In this document: positions 9,643 through 19,091 of the stretch, one piece after another
How positions within the stretch are numbered: the first letter of the stretch is position 1
How the letters are laid out: each line of letters opens with the position of its first letter
Assembly: GCA_964461665.1 (NCBI GenBank)
Contig: CAYXAS010000002.1
Location: forward strand, 5,400-69,399
DNA length: 64,000 nucleotides
Source: an uncultured Gaiellales bacterium
GTDB lineage: Bacteria > Actinomycetota > Thermoleophilia > Gaiellales > Gaiellaceae
Direction: 5' to 3'
Made by a program: the position numbers and the translations under genes
The notes under the pieces: model-generated
Database searches by the model: none
Seen by the model: only the letters and a program-made list of their open reading frames with translations
What the model was told of the DNA's origin: nothing

Positions 9643-10418
9643 GGATCCTGTTCGTCGGAGATGTCGTCGGCCGACCCGGGCTCGACGCTGTGCAGGGGCT
9701 TCTCCCTCGCCTCCGCAAAGAGCTCGAGATCGACGCGTGCGTGGTGAACGGCGAGAACGTGGCTGATGGTGCGGGGATCACGCCGCGACTCGCGGACCAG
9801 CTGCTCGCAGCGGGCGCCGACGCGATCACGCTCGGCAACCACGTCTGGCGCCGCGAACAGATCGGCCCGTATCTGGCGACCTCCGAACGGGTCGTACGAC
9901 CCGCGAACCTCGCGGATCTCGCACCCGGCCGAGGCCTCGTGGTCGTCGAGGCGGCAAACGGCGTCCGCGTCGCGGTGATCAACGTGCTCGGCTCACTCAG
10001 TCTCGATCCGCCGACGTCCCTCTGGGACCGGATCGACGCGCTCGTGGACGAGGCCCGCGCCGCAACACCCGTAGTGGTGGTCGACGTCCACGCCGAGGCG
10101 ACGAGCGAGAAGATCGCGCTCGCGTCGTGGCTCGACGGACGGGTGACGGCGGTGCTCGGAACCCACACGCACGTCCAGACCGCCGACGCGCGCGTCCTCC
10201 GTGGCGGCACGGCAGCGATCACGGATGTCGGGATGACCGGACCGCACGACTCGGTGATCGGGGTCGAGACGCGTCTCGCGGTCACGCGGATGCGCACGCG
10301 GATGCCCGTGCGCTTCGAGGTCGCGTCAGGCGATGTTCGGCTCGAGGGTGCGGTCGTCACCTGCGACCCCTCGACCGGCCGTGCGACGGCGATCGAGCCG
10401 GTCCGCGTCCCGTTCTGA
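9639..10418 (+). CDS. ymdB: YmdB-like metallophosphoesterase (2',3'-cyclic-nucleotide phosphodiesterase family)
   Basis: 259-aa ORF with MRILFVGDVVGRPG, VVNGENVADGAGIT and LGNHVW motifs. The GTG start overlaps the upstream stop (GTGA). Confidence 0.88.
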   Translation: MRILFVGDVVGRPGLDAVQGLLPRLRKELEIDACVVNGENVADGAGITPRLADQLLAAGADAITLGNHVWRREQIGPYLATSERVVRPANLADLAPGRGLVVVEAANGVRVAVINVLGSLSLDPPTSLWDRIDALVDEARAATPVVVVDVHAEATSEKIALASWLDGRVTAVLGTHTHVQTADARVLRGGTAAITDVGMTGPHDSVIGVETRLAVTRMRTRMPVRFEVASGDVRLEGAVVTCDPSTGRATAIEPVRVPF

Positions 10419-10446
10419 AAACCGCCGGCCTACCCCGGCGAGGCGA

Positions 10447-10890
10447 CTAGCGTCGTCCGAACGACCAGAGCCGGTTGCCGATGAAGTTCACGGGTGTCAC
10501 GAGCACGATCGCGACCGCCTGTGCGGGAATCTCGGGGAGTCCGGCCGCGACGAGCAGAGCGAGGGCGGCGAGGTTGCCCCCGAGCGCGGTCGCCGAGACG
10601 ACGAGGAACCGTGCACCCTGGACGACGAACTCTCCACGAGAGTCGCGGAACGTCCAGGCCCTGTTCCACCAGTAGTTGCTCGTGACCGCGACCAGGAACG
10701 AGCCGATCGCGGCGGCCGCGTAGTGGAGCCCGGCGAGGTCGAGCAGGAAGATGTACACGGCGAGGTTCACGCCGTAGCCGGTCACGCCGACGATGCAGAA
10801 CTTGACGAGCTGCTCCCAGTTGCCGCGCCGCCCGAGGGCGCGCCGAGCGCGGGCCGCGGAGGATCGGCCGCGGAGGATCGGCTCGGTCAC
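10447..10890 (-). CDS. GtrA-family membrane protein
   Basis: ORF 10447..10992 with four TM helices: KFCIVGVTGYGVNLAVYIFLL..., NYWWNRAWTF, VNFIGNRLWSF. Start uncertain (GTG 10890 chosen). Confidence 0.8.
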   Translation of the reverse strand: MTEPILRGRSSAARARRALGRRGNWEQLVKFCIVGVTGYGVNLAVYIFLLDLAGLHYAAAAIGSFLVAVTSNYWWNRAWTFRDSRGEFVVQGARFLVVSATALGGNLAALALLVAAGLPEIPAQAVAIVLVTPVNFIGNRLWSFGRR

Positions 10891-11030
10891 CGCGCGCGAG
10901 CGTAGCGCAGTCAGCCGTCGAACCCGTCCGCGTCGATCGGCGTCACGAACGGGCACCGAGCCTCGGCCCGCCGCGACGTGTCGCCTCGGCACCTGACCGT
11001 CAACCGCGCGCGCTCATGCGCGCCCGTGAC

Positions 11031-11447
11031 TCACTTCGCAAGCGTTCGCAGCCCCGCGTGCCGCTCGGGTCGGGCGCGCGAGCGCCACCGGGCAGCGACG
11101 GGAACAGCGAGCACGAGCACGTAGCCCGCGATCGGCACGAACGAGATCGCAGCGAGCAATGCGGCAGTTACGACCGAGAGAGCCGCGACCCCGCTCGCCG
11201 TCCCCCCACGCCCGATCGCACCGACCACGACCGACGAGCCTGCGAGTGCGCCCACGACCGCTCCGACGACACCGATCGCCCCGATCGGCCACCCCGCAAC
11301 GAGAACTCCGACAGCGGCACCACCGACGAGCGCAACGGGCACGGTGACGACCGCCCCCGGTCCCCGACCGCCGACGAGCCCCGCGGCGAGGACCCCGACC
11401 GCGAGCGCGAGCCCGACTGCGACACCGGCCCAGTACCAGGTTCCCAC
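11031..11447 (-). CDS. Hypothetical Gly/Ala/Val-rich integral membrane protein
   Basis: 138-aa ORF consisting almost entirely of glycine-zipper-like TM segments. No family recognised. Confidence 0.5.
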   Translation of the reverse strand: MGTWYWAGVAVGLALAVGVLAAGLVGGRGPGAVVTVPVALVGGAAVGVLVAGWPIGAIGVVGAVVGALAGSSVVVGAIGRGGTASGVAALSVVTAALLAAISFVPIAGYVLVLAVPVAARWRSRARPERHAGLRTLAK

Positions 11448-11496
11448 GCACTGAGTGTATTCCCGACCCCCGGGGTGGCTGGGCTACGGTGCGGCG

Positions 11497-12744
11497 ATGC
11501 GGCCCGTGCACCACAGCTGGCGGATCGTCGCCGTCGCGTTCCTCGCGCTGCTGATGGCAGCTGGCTTCCGCTCCACTGCTGGAGTCCTCCTCGTCCCGCT
11601 CCACGAGGAGTTCCACTGGACGCACGGGCAGATCTCGTTCGCGGTCTTCGTGAACCTGATCTGTTACGGCCTCGCGGCCCCGTTCGCGGCCGCGCTCGTC
11701 GAGCGGTTCGGGGTGCGAGTGGTCGCCGCAACCGCACTCTCCACGATCGCCGCGTCGTCGCTGCTCACGATCGCGATGGACAGCCCCTGGCAGCTCTACC
11801 TCCTGTGGGGTGTCATCAACGGGACGGCGACTGGTGCGATCGGTGTCCCGGTCGCGGCGATCGTGGCGAACCGCTGGTTCATCGAGCGGCGTGGGCTCGT
11901 GACGGGGATCCTCACCGCCTCGAACGCGACGGGAAGCCTGATCTTCTTCCCCGTCCTCGCCTGGCTCACCGGCTTCGACTGGCGCTGGGCAGCCGCCACA
12001 GTCGCGATCGTCGCAGTCGCGGTCGTGCTACCGCCGGTCCTCGCCTTCATGCGTGAGCGCCCGGAGGATCTCGGGCTCGCGCCGTTCGGCGCGCCGCCTG
12101 GCTGGACACCGGCACCCGCCGTCGTCGCTCGCTGGTCGGACGCCCTCACGGGGCTTGCGATCGCGTCCCGGTCACGCACGTTCTGGGTCCTCGCCGGGAC
12201 GTTCTTCGTGTGTGGAGTCACGACGAACGGACTGATCTCGACCCACATGATCCCGGCCGCGCACGACCACGGGATGTCTCAGATGGCCGCCGCCTCGCTC
12301 CTTGCAACGATCGGGGCGTTCGACATCATCGGCACGCTCGCGTCGGGCTGGCTGACCGACCGCTTCGATCCGCGCAAGCTCCTCTTCGTCTACTACGGGC
12401 TCCGAGGAGGTGCGCTGCTCGCGCTCCCGGTCGTGTTCGAGGGGCCAGCAGTGGCGATGGCGGCGTTCGCGATCGTGTACGGACTCGACTGGGTTGCGAC
12501 CGTCCCGCCGACGAGCGCGCTCGCGACGGAGACGTTCGGGCGCCGTGCGGGGGTCGTGTTCGCGTGGGTGTTCGCAGCCCACCAGTTCGGCGCCGCCACC
12601 GCAGCGTGGGGGGCTGGCGCGATCCGCGATCACACGGGGGATTACGCGCTCGCGTTCATCATCGCCGGGGCGCTCGGCGTCGTCGCCGCGCTCGCGATCG
12701 TGCTGGTCCGACGCTCGAGTCCGACCGCAGCCGCGACAGCCTGA
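11497..12744 (+). CDS. MFS transporter
   Basis: ORF 11455..12744 with about 12 TM helices and MFS-like loops. ATG 11497 (MRPVHHSWRIVAVAF...) is preferred because GTG 11455 would leave only 7 nt to the divergent gene. Confidence 0.85.
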   Translation: MRPVHHSWRIVAVAFLALLMAAGFRSTAGVLLVPLHEEFHWTHGQISFAVFVNLICYGLAAPFAAALVERFGVRVVAATALSTIAASSLLTIAMDSPWQLYLLWGVINGTATGAIGVPVAAIVANRWFIERRGLVTGILTASNATGSLIFFPVLAWLTGFDWRWAAATVAIVAVAVVLPPVLAFMRERPEDLGLAPFGAPPGWTPAPAVVARWSDALTGLAIASRSRTFWVLAGTFFVCGVTTNGLISTHMIPAAHDHGMSQMAAASLLATIGAFDIIGTLASGWLTDRFDPRKLLFVYYGLRGGALLALPVVFEGPAVAMAAFAIVYGLDWVATVPPTSALATETFGRRAGVVFAWVFAAHQFGAATAAWGAGAIRDHTGDYALAFIIAGALGVVAALAIVLVRRSSPTAAATA

Positions 12745-12750
12745 GACGCC

Positions 12751-13611
12751 CTACACGAGCACGGTGACTGCGCCGGGCTCCGCCTCGAGCGTCACCGAGG
12801 CGACCTCGCCGAGCCCTTCCCCATCCACGTGGAATGGCAACGGACGATCAGCGCGAAGCTCGAGTCGCGCGAGATCGTGGCCGCGAATGTGTCGCGATCC
12901 GCGCCCGATTGCCCACCAGCCGAACCGGATCGCTCCACCGGTGGGGATGCGCTCGGGGGCGAAGACATCGAGGCCCGTCTCGAAGCTCGCCTCGGGCGCG
13001 AACCGCAGCCCGACCGGGCCCGCGAACGTGTAGGGGCTGCAGTTCACGACGAACGCGAAGGCAGCGCGTCCGATCCCGACAAGCTCGATCTCGGGTTCGA
13101 ACCGGTGCCGATGACCGACGAGCGCACGGAGCGTCTCGCGCGCAAAGACGATGTCACCTGGCCTCCGGCCTTCCGGGCTGCGCCCGAGTGCGTCGACCCG
13201 ACCAACGATCTCCGCATCGAAGCCGAGCCCTGCCGCGAACCCGAACCGGCGGCCGTCCGCGCGGCCGAGCCCGATGCGGCGCTCGTGCCCGGCGAGCGCG
13301 CGCCGTGCGGCGGCGACCGGGTCACGAGGGAGTCCGAGCGCGCGCGGCAGCACACTCGTCCCTCCCCCGGGGATCAGCCCGAGCGGCGTCCGTCCGTCGA
13401 TCCCATTCAGCACCTCGTTGAAGGTGCCGTCACCTCCGAACACGTAGATCCGCTCGACCGAGCCCACGAGCGAGCGGGCGAGCTCGACCCCGTCACCGTG
13501 GTGTTCCGTCTCCACGACGCCCGTCTCCGGTCCGAGCACGGCAAGAACCCGCTCGACCGCCTCGGGCGTGACCCCGGTTGACTTCGGATTGACCATGAGC
13601 GCTGCCCGCAT
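12751..13611 (-). CDS. Diacylglycerol-kinase-family lipid kinase (YegS/DagK-like)
   Basis: 286-aa ORF with NPKS..., IYVFGGDGTFNEVLNG and LGLIPGGGTSVLPRALG motifs of the DAGK catalytic domain. Confidence 0.85.
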   Translation of the reverse strand: MRAALMVNPKSTGVTPEAVERVLAVLGPETGVVETEHHGDGVELARSLVGSVERIYVFGGDGTFNEVLNGIDGRTPLGLIPGGGTSVLPRALGLPRDPVAAARRALAGHERRIGLGRADGRRFGFAAGLGFDAEIVGRVDALGRSPEGRRPGDIVFARETLRALVGHRHRFEPEIELVGIGRAAFAFVVNCSPYTFAGPVGLRFAPEASFETGLDVFAPERIPTGGAIRFGWWAIGRGSRHIRGHDLARLELRADRPLPFHVDGEGLGEVASVTLEAEPGAVTVLV

Positions 13612-13644
13612 GCCATCACGTTAGACATCTACGATCATCCTGCG

Positions 13645-13872
13645 ATGCGGGTCGACATCTTCTTCTGCCCCGTCTGAGGGGGCTACGACCGAGAGGCCGC
13701 GCGTGTCGCGGCCGAGCTACAGGAGGTCGGAGTCACTGCAACGGTGATCTCCGGAGAGAAGAGCCAGTTCGACGTGGTAGCCGATGGCGCACTGATCTTC
13801 TCGAAGCAGGCGACGGGGCGCTTCCCTGAGCCGGGCGAGATCGCCGCGCTCATCGCCCCCGCGAGCGGCTAG
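13645..13872 (+). CDS. Rdx/SelW-like thioredoxin-fold redox protein with in-frame UGA (candidate selenocysteine, CxxU)
   Basis: Absent from the ORF track. Manual translation: MRVDIFFCPV-TGA(13675-13677)-GGYDREAARVAAELQEVGVTATVISGEKSQFDVVADGALIFSKQATGRFPEPGEIAALIAPASG-TAG. The layout matches the Rdx family (CxxC/U after beta1; G.F.V..DG.lI.sk...GrFPe). 53 of 64 codons after the TGA end in G/C. Confidence 0.7.
13686..13729 (+). other. SECIS-like stem-loop downstream of the in-frame UGA
   Basis: Upper stem GGCCGCG (13695-13701) / CGCGGCC (13707-13713) with loop CGUGU. Lower stem CGACC (13686-13690) / GGUCG (13725-13729). The upper stem starts 18 nt after the UGA. Confidence 0.5.
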
Positions 13873-13874
13873 AC

Positions 13875-14840
13875 CTACCGCAGCAGGAAGCCCTCGCCGA
13901 TCGGGTCGGCCGGATCGAGCGAGAACTGCGCCTCGCCCGTCCTGAACGCACGCCCCTCCACCTCGGTCACGACCGCTGGGCGGCCTGCGACCTCCGTCTC
14001 CCCGACGACGCGACCCGTGAACTCGCTTCCGACGATCGAACGGTGACGGAGCGTTGCCCCACGCGGAAGCATCCCCTCCGCATCGAGGAGCGCGAGCCGC
14101 GCGGAGGTGCCCGAGCCGCACGGTGACCGATCGACCTCGCCGTCCGCGAACACCGTCACGTTCCGCTGCGTGAACGGCGGGCCCTCCTCGTCCTGCCAGA
14201 AGATCACCCCATACACGTCGCAGAGCTCCGGCTCGAGCGGATGGACGACCTCGTGCGCCTCCTCGATCAGCCGTTTCACCTCGCGGCCGAGCGAGATCAG
14301 TCGCGGTAGCTCGTCGGGCGCAACCCGCTCGCGCATGGTCGCGTAGAAGGCACCCCCGAACGCCACATCGACGGTGTGGGGGCCGACCGCGAGCCCGCGT
14401 GCCCACACGAACGAAGGGACGTTCGTGAATCGGACGGAGACAACCCTGCCGTCCCAAACAGTCGCGACCGTCTCGAGCCGACCAGAGGGGACGTCCACGA
14501 CGACGCGGTTCTCACCCTCCCGCCGCTCAACAACACCCTCGTCGAGTGCCCACGTGACGAGTGCGATCGTTCCGTGCCCACACGCGGTCGAGTACCCCGC
14601 GTTGTGGAAGAAAACGACGCCGAGATCGGCGCCCCCATCGTTCGGCGGAACGACGTGGCAGCCGTACATGTCCGCATGACCGCGCGGTTCGAGCACCACG
14701 AGACGGCGGACGTGGTCGAGGCGCTCGAGCGCATCACGACGCCGCTCGAGGATCGTCGTCCCGCGGAGCGGCTCGACACCACCCGTCACGATCCGGAAGG
14801 GCTCGCCGCCCGTGTGGTAGTCGACGACCTCGACCGTCAC
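13875..14840 (-). CDS. Proline racemase family enzyme (Cys/Cys type: 4-hydroxyproline 2-epimerase or proline racemase)
   Basis: ORF 13875..15029 with DYHTGGEPFRIV, ACGHGT and DRSPCGSGTSARLA (both catalytic Cys present). GTG 14840 gives a GTGA overlap with the upstream stop. Confidence 0.88.
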   Translation of the reverse strand: MTVEVVDYHTGGEPFRIVTGGVEPLRGTTILERRRDALERLDHVRRLVVLEPRGHADMYGCHVVPPNDGGADLGVVFFHNAGYSTACGHGTIALVTWALDEGVVERREGENRVVVDVPSGRLETVATVWDGRVVSVRFTNVPSFVWARGLAVGPHTVDVAFGGAFYATMRERVAPDELPRLISLGREVKRLIEEAHEVVHPLEPELCDVYGVIFWQDEEGPPFTQRNVTVFADGEVDRSPCGSGTSARLALLDAEGMLPRGATLRHRSIVGSEFTGRVVGETEVAGRPAVVTEVEGRAFRTGEAQFSLDPADPIGEGFLLR

Positions 14841-15610
14841 GAGCCCGTGAACCGGGGGGGCCTCCGCTCGAGGAACGCTGCGACACCCTCTGCGAAGTCC
14901 GCCGTCGCGACGATCCCTTGTTGCGTGGCCGCCTCGCGAGCAAGCTGGTCGTCGAGCGTCGATCCGCGCGCCGCATCGAGGAGGGCCTTCGTCCCGGCGA
15001 TCGCGGCCGTCGGCCGCTCCGCCCACCACGCCGCCGCCTCCGCGACCCGTGCGCGGAACTCCTCGTCAGGTACGACCTCGTGGACCAGCCCCCACTCGAG
15101 CGCCTCCTCCGCGGACACCCGGCGGTTCGAGCACATCCACTCGAACGCGCGCGCCGCCCCGAGCAGCCGCTCGATGAAATACGTCCCGCCCGCGTCCGGG
15201 ACGAGCCCGATCCCGATGAACCCGGGGACGAACGTGGCCGTGGACGAGGCGATCCGCACGTCACAGGCGAGCGCGAGCGAGAGTCCTGCCCCCGCCGCAA
15301 CTCCGTTTACCGCAGCGAGCACCGGTTTCGCGAGCGAGCGGATGAGTCGCACGTTCGGGTGGTACGTCCGCTCGAGCCCGTCCGCGATCGAGCCGGCGAC
15401 CTCGCCGAACTCGCGCAGGTCCTGCCCCGAGCAGAACCCCGCACCTTCGCCGGTGAGCACGACGCAGCGCACCGCAGGGTCGCCTGCCTCCACGAGTGCC
15501 GCATGAAGTTCCGCATGCAACTCCCGCGTGAGCGCGTTCCGTGTCGCGGGACGGTTGAGCGCGATCTCCAGCACGGCGCCGTCACGCCGCGTGAGCACCT
15601 CACCCGCCAT
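14837..15610 (-). CDS. Enoyl-CoA hydratase/isomerase (crotonase) family protein
   Basis: 257-aa ORF with LNRPATRNAL, VVLTGEGAGFCSGQDL and AAVNGVAAGAGLSLALACD crotonase signatures. Confidence 0.9.
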   Translation of the reverse strand: MAGEVLTRRDGAVLEIALNRPATRNALTRELHAELHAALVEAGDPAVRCVVLTGEGAGFCSGQDLREFGEVAGSIADGLERTYHPNVRLIRSLAKPVLAAVNGVAAGAGLSLALACDVRIASSTATFVPGFIGIGLVPDAGGTYFIERLLGAARAFEWMCSNRRVSAEEALEWGLVHEVVPDEEFRARVAEAAAWWAERPTAAIAGTKALLDAARGSTLDDQLAREAATQQGIVATADFAEGVAAFLERRPPRFTGS

Positions 15611-15642
15611 GGAGCCGAGTCTAGACGTGTAGGTTCGCCGTC

Positions 15643-16089
15643 ATGAGCATGGGCGGAGCAGCAGGGATTTTTGCGGTCGCCGGCGGACTTGCGGCCACCG
15701 TCCAGCTCGCGGTGCTCGGCCGGCTCGGGGAACGGATCGGGACGCTCGAGGCAGGCGCGGTCGCGTGGCTCGTGACCGCGCTCGGCGGGGTCGTGCTGCT
15801 GCTGATCGCAGGAAAGGGATTCGGTGCGTATCGGGACGCGCTCCACGTCCCGTGGTGGATGGTTGCGGGCGCGCTCTCCGGCAACGTGATCGTCACCTCG
15901 ATCATCGTCGCGGGGCCGCAGATCGGGATCGTCGCAACCACCGCGCTGCTTCTCGTCGGCCAGGTCGCGAGCGGCGCGATCGTCGATCGCTACGGCCTTC
16001 TCGGGATGGAGCGGATCGCACTGAGCCCGACTCGCTGGGTCGGGATCGTGCTTGTGCTCGCCGGCGCCCTGCTGACGCTCCGGCGCTAG
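15643..16089 (+). CDS. DMT-superfamily small membrane transporter (YdcZ/DUF606-like)
   Basis: 148-aa ORF with 5 TM helices and family-like LLVGQVASGAIVDRYG. Confidence 0.7.
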   Translation: MSMGGAAGIFAVAGGLAATVQLAVLGRLGERIGTLEAGAVAWLVTALGGVVLLLIAGKGFGAYRDALHVPWWMVAGALSGNVIVTSIIVAGPQIGIVATTALLLVGQVASGAIVDRYGLLGMERIALSPTRWVGIVLVLAGALLTLRR

Positions 16090-16097
16090 GGTTCGGC

Positions 16098-17798
16098 ATG
16101 GCCTCCGACCTCGCGCGCCGCATCCGAATCGCGCGGGGTGACGAGCCCGCAGATCTCGTGGTCCGGGGAGGCCGCGTCTTCTCCTCGTTCACGCGTGAGT
16201 GGCTCGACGTGGACATCGCGGTCGCCGACGGGATCGTGGCCGGACTCGGCGCATACGACGGCGTGGAGATCCTCGATGCGAGCGGACGGTTCGTCGTCCC
16301 GGGATTCGTGGACGCGCATCTCCACCTCGAATCGGTGAAGCTGCTGGTGGACGAGTTCGCGCGCCTGGTGCTGCCGCTCGGGACGACCGCGGTCGTTGCC
16401 GACCCACACGAGATCGCGAACGTGCTGGGCGTGGATGGCGTCCACTGGCTGCTCGACGCATCCGCCGGGCTCCCGCTCGACGTGTTCTTCATGGCGCCGT
16501 CGTGCGTGCCCGCTTCCCCGTTCGAGTCGCCACGACGGGCACTCTCGGCGGGCGATCTCGAGGCGCTGATGCGACGCCGTCGGGTGCTCGGGCTGGCCGA
16601 GATGATGAACTTCCCCGGGGTCGTGAACGGCGACGCAGCGGAGCTCGCGAAGCTCGAGTTACGGGGAGCGGAGCATGTCGACGGACATGCGCCAGGGCTT
16701 CGGGGCCGCGATCTGCAGGCCTACGCGGCCGCGCGCATCTACTCCGATCATGAGGCGCTCACCGTCGAGGAGGGCCGTGAGCGGATCCGGGCGGGGATGT
16801 GGCTTCTCGCCCGGGAGGCGTCGATGGCGCGCAACCTCGAGGCGCTGCTCCCGCTCGTCGCGGAGTTCGGCCCTTCGCGCATCGCGTTCTGCACCGACGA
16901 CCGAGACCCGGAGGACATCGCGGACACGGGCCACGTGAACGGGATGGTGCGCACCGCGGTCGCCGCCGGGGTTGCACCCGAGGATGCGCTCCTGATGGCC
17001 TCGCTTCACGCGGCCCAGTGGCACGGCCTTTCACGCCACGGGGCGATCGCTCCGGGCTACCTCGCTGACCTCGTCTTCCTCCCAGATCTCGTCTCCTTCC
17101 AGCCGGACCGAGTCCTGAAGCGCGGACGACCGGTGGGCGAGATCCCGCCCGCGATCGTCCCGGACTGGGTGCGCCAGACCGTGAGGATCGCGCCGGTCGG
17201 CCCCAATGACTTCGCGATCCCGTGGGCGGGTGGCAGGGCCCGCGCGATCGGGCTGATCGACGACCAGGTCGTGACCGAGTCGCTCACGTGCGAACCGGAA
17301 ACGCTGAACGGCGAGGTCGTCGCGTCCGTGGCCCGGGATCTTGCAAAGGTCGCGGTGGTCGAGCGCCACCTCGCGACCGGGCGGATCGGGATGGGCCTGC
17401 TCTCAGGCTCAGGGCTGCAGCGGGGCGCGCTCGCCTCAACGGTCGCCCACGACGCCCACAACCTCGTCGTGGTCGGGATGAGCGACGACGACATGACACA
17501 CGCGGTGACACGACTCGCCGAGGTGGGTGGCGGGATCGTGGCGGTCGTGGACGGGAAGGTCGTCGCCGAATGCCCGCTGCCGGTCGCGGGTCTGCTCTCC
17601 GACGCTCCGCTCGCCGAGGTAATTGAGCAGAGCCGTGCCTGCAACGAGGCTGCGGCCGCACTCGGCTGGCGCGGCGCGACGCCGTTCCTCACACTCGCCT
17701 TCCTCGCGCTCTCGGTGATCCCCCACCTGAAGTTGACGGATCAGGGACTCGTGGACGTCGATCGGTTCGCGATCGTCCCGCTCGCCGCCGACGCGTAG
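16098..17798 (+). CDS. ade: Adenine deaminase
   Basis: ORF 15765..17798; ATG 16098 follows the upstream gene. It has DLVVRGGRVFSSFT, VPGFVDAHLHLES (amidohydrolase metal site), and a length of ~566 aa typical of Ade. Confidence 0.9.
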   Translation: MASDLARRIRIARGDEPADLVVRGGRVFSSFTREWLDVDIAVADGIVAGLGAYDGVEILDASGRFVVPGFVDAHLHLESVKLLVDEFARLVLPLGTTAVVADPHEIANVLGVDGVHWLLDASAGLPLDVFFMAPSCVPASPFESPRRALSAGDLEALMRRRRVLGLAEMMNFPGVVNGDAAELAKLELRGAEHVDGHAPGLRGRDLQAYAAARIYSDHEALTVEEGRERIRAGMWLLAREASMARNLEALLPLVAEFGPSRIAFCTDDRDPEDIADTGHVNGMVRTAVAAGVAPEDALLMASLHAAQWHGLSRHGAIAPGYLADLVFLPDLVSFQPDRVLKRGRPVGEIPPAIVPDWVRQTVRIAPVGPNDFAIPWAGGRARAIGLIDDQVVTESLTCEPETLNGEVVASVARDLAKVAVVERHLATGRIGMGLLSGSGLQRGALASTVAHDAHNLVVVGMSDDDMTHAVTRLAEVGGGIVAVVDGKVVAECPLPVAGLLSDAPLAEVIEQSRACNEAAAALGWRGATPFLTLAFLALSVIPHLKLTDQGLVDVDRFAIVPLAADA

Positions 17799-17799
17799 A

Positions 17800-17819
17800 C
17801 GGGCGGCCCCTCCCGCCCG
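17800..17819. terminator. GC-rich hairpin between convergent genes
   Basis: CGGGCGG (17800-17806) / CCGCCCG (17813-17819) with a 6-nt loop, directly after the ade stop. No U-tract. Confidence 0.4.
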
Positions 17820-17855
17820 GGTGGCGAAACACGAGCGCGAGACCGAGCGCGTGAG

Positions 17856-18974
17856 CTACGTGGCTCGCATGGGAACGCGCCTCACCATTCGCTGTACCCG
17901 GCTGCGGAGGCGTGCGATCACCTGCTTCGGGGTCACGCGGGCGTCGATCGGGCCGCCCGCAGGCGGTCGGAGCGCGTCGACCGCCGCGACGGTGTAGTAG
18001 CACTCAACAAACACCGCGACGATCGCCGCGACGAGGCGACGGCTCGGCTCCCAGGGTTTGCCGTTCTCACCAAGCGCGCTCCACGGTGCATGAGAGCCAG
18101 CCCAGCGAATCACCTCGAACGACGGCCAGTAGTAGACCCCAGCGCCCCCCCGTTCGATCACCTGCTCTATCGCGACACGGAGGGTCGACTTCGACACACA
18201 GTCCGCAGCCACCGCCGGACGGTTCCGGAAGGTCACGGCCAGGGGGACCGGCGACAGGGTCAGCACGATCGGAGCGGACGCATTCACCGATCTGATGAGT
18301 CTGACGATCTCGGCGATGTTGTCCTCGTTCTCGTCCACGCTCGACAGCCGAAGCTCATGCCGACTCGCGTCGAACGCTGCCGCCGGGACGCCTCGCCAGA
18401 ACGCCCCACCGGTCTCGCGGTCGCGCCAGACCTCGGCGACCCCGATCGTGAGGACATAGGCGTCCGCATTGGCAAGACGTTGTGCATAGACAGCTCGGTC
18501 GGCGTCGGGCATCCACTCCTCCGCCGCTTCGTCGGCGATCCTGTTGTATCGGTATCCCGTCCCGGACTGCTCGCCCGTCACACACCACGAGAGAAAGTCG
18601 ACGAGCGCGAAGGTGTTGTTCAGACCCTCCGGGACCCAGTAGTTCTCGGACGCGCATCCGATGCTGGCGAGGTGGTCACGCAACTCGCGAGCGAAGCACG
18701 ATCCAAACGTGACGACGACCGCACCGGCATCGAGGAGCGGGGCTGGTGGCGCGTATCCGCGGAGCAGCCATTCGCGGATCATGTGGCGTACGTCGCCAGC
18801 AAATATCTGCATGTCGCGCGGATAGGGCGACGCACCTTCGACGTGCCACTCCGGGTGCGCCCACGCGAACCCTGATTCCTTCGCGGGTGCCGCCTGCAGC
18901 GATCCCAGCGTTCCGCCGTGCGCCCGCTTCGGCCTCCGGGGCTTGGCTCGATCACTCGTGTCGCCGTCCCTCAC
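17856..18974 (-). CDS. GSCFA-domain protein (uncharacterised family)
   Basis: 372-aa ORF containing the eponymous VVTFGSCFAREL motif. Same strand and directly downstream of the XDH-like genes. Start uncertain (an internal ATG, MQIFAGD, is possible). Confidence 0.7.
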   Translation of the reverse strand: MRDGDTSDRAKPRRPKRAHGGTLGSLQAAPAKESGFAWAHPEWHVEGASPYPRDMQIFAGDVRHMIREWLLRGYAPPAPLLDAGAVVVTFGSCFARELRDHLASIGCASENYWVPEGLNNTFALVDFLSWCVTGEQSGTGYRYNRIADEAAEEWMPDADRAVYAQRLANADAYVLTIGVAEVWRDRETGGAFWRGVPAAAFDASRHELRLSSVDENEDNIAEIVRLIRSVNASAPIVLTLSPVPLAVTFRNRPAVAADCVSKSTLRVAIEQVIERGGAGVYYWPSFEVIRWAGSHAPWSALGENGKPWEPSRRLVAAIVAVFVECYYTVAAVDALRPPAGGPIDARVTPKQVIARLRSRVQRMVRRVPMRAT

Positions 18975-19091
18975 ACGGCGATGCTACAGCGTCGAACTTC
19001 GCTCGCTCCTGCGGGCGGCCTGAGCGTTCTGGCGTTCCTGACGGCGCTCGAGCACGGCTCCGCCCACGAGAACCCCGCCGATCGGTACGCG

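Noticed and set aside
10999-11012. 14-mer GTCAACCGCGCGCG shared with 27496-27509
   Set aside because: A rough estimate suggests many such GC-rich 14-mers are expected by chance in 64 kb at this composition. There is no extended similarity around either copy.
11016-12056. 346-aa plus-strand ORF and 203/189-aa minus-strand ORFs over 11014..11737
   Set aside because: They overlap the membrane-protein and MFS genes in other frames and have low-complexity Arg/Asp/Pro composition.
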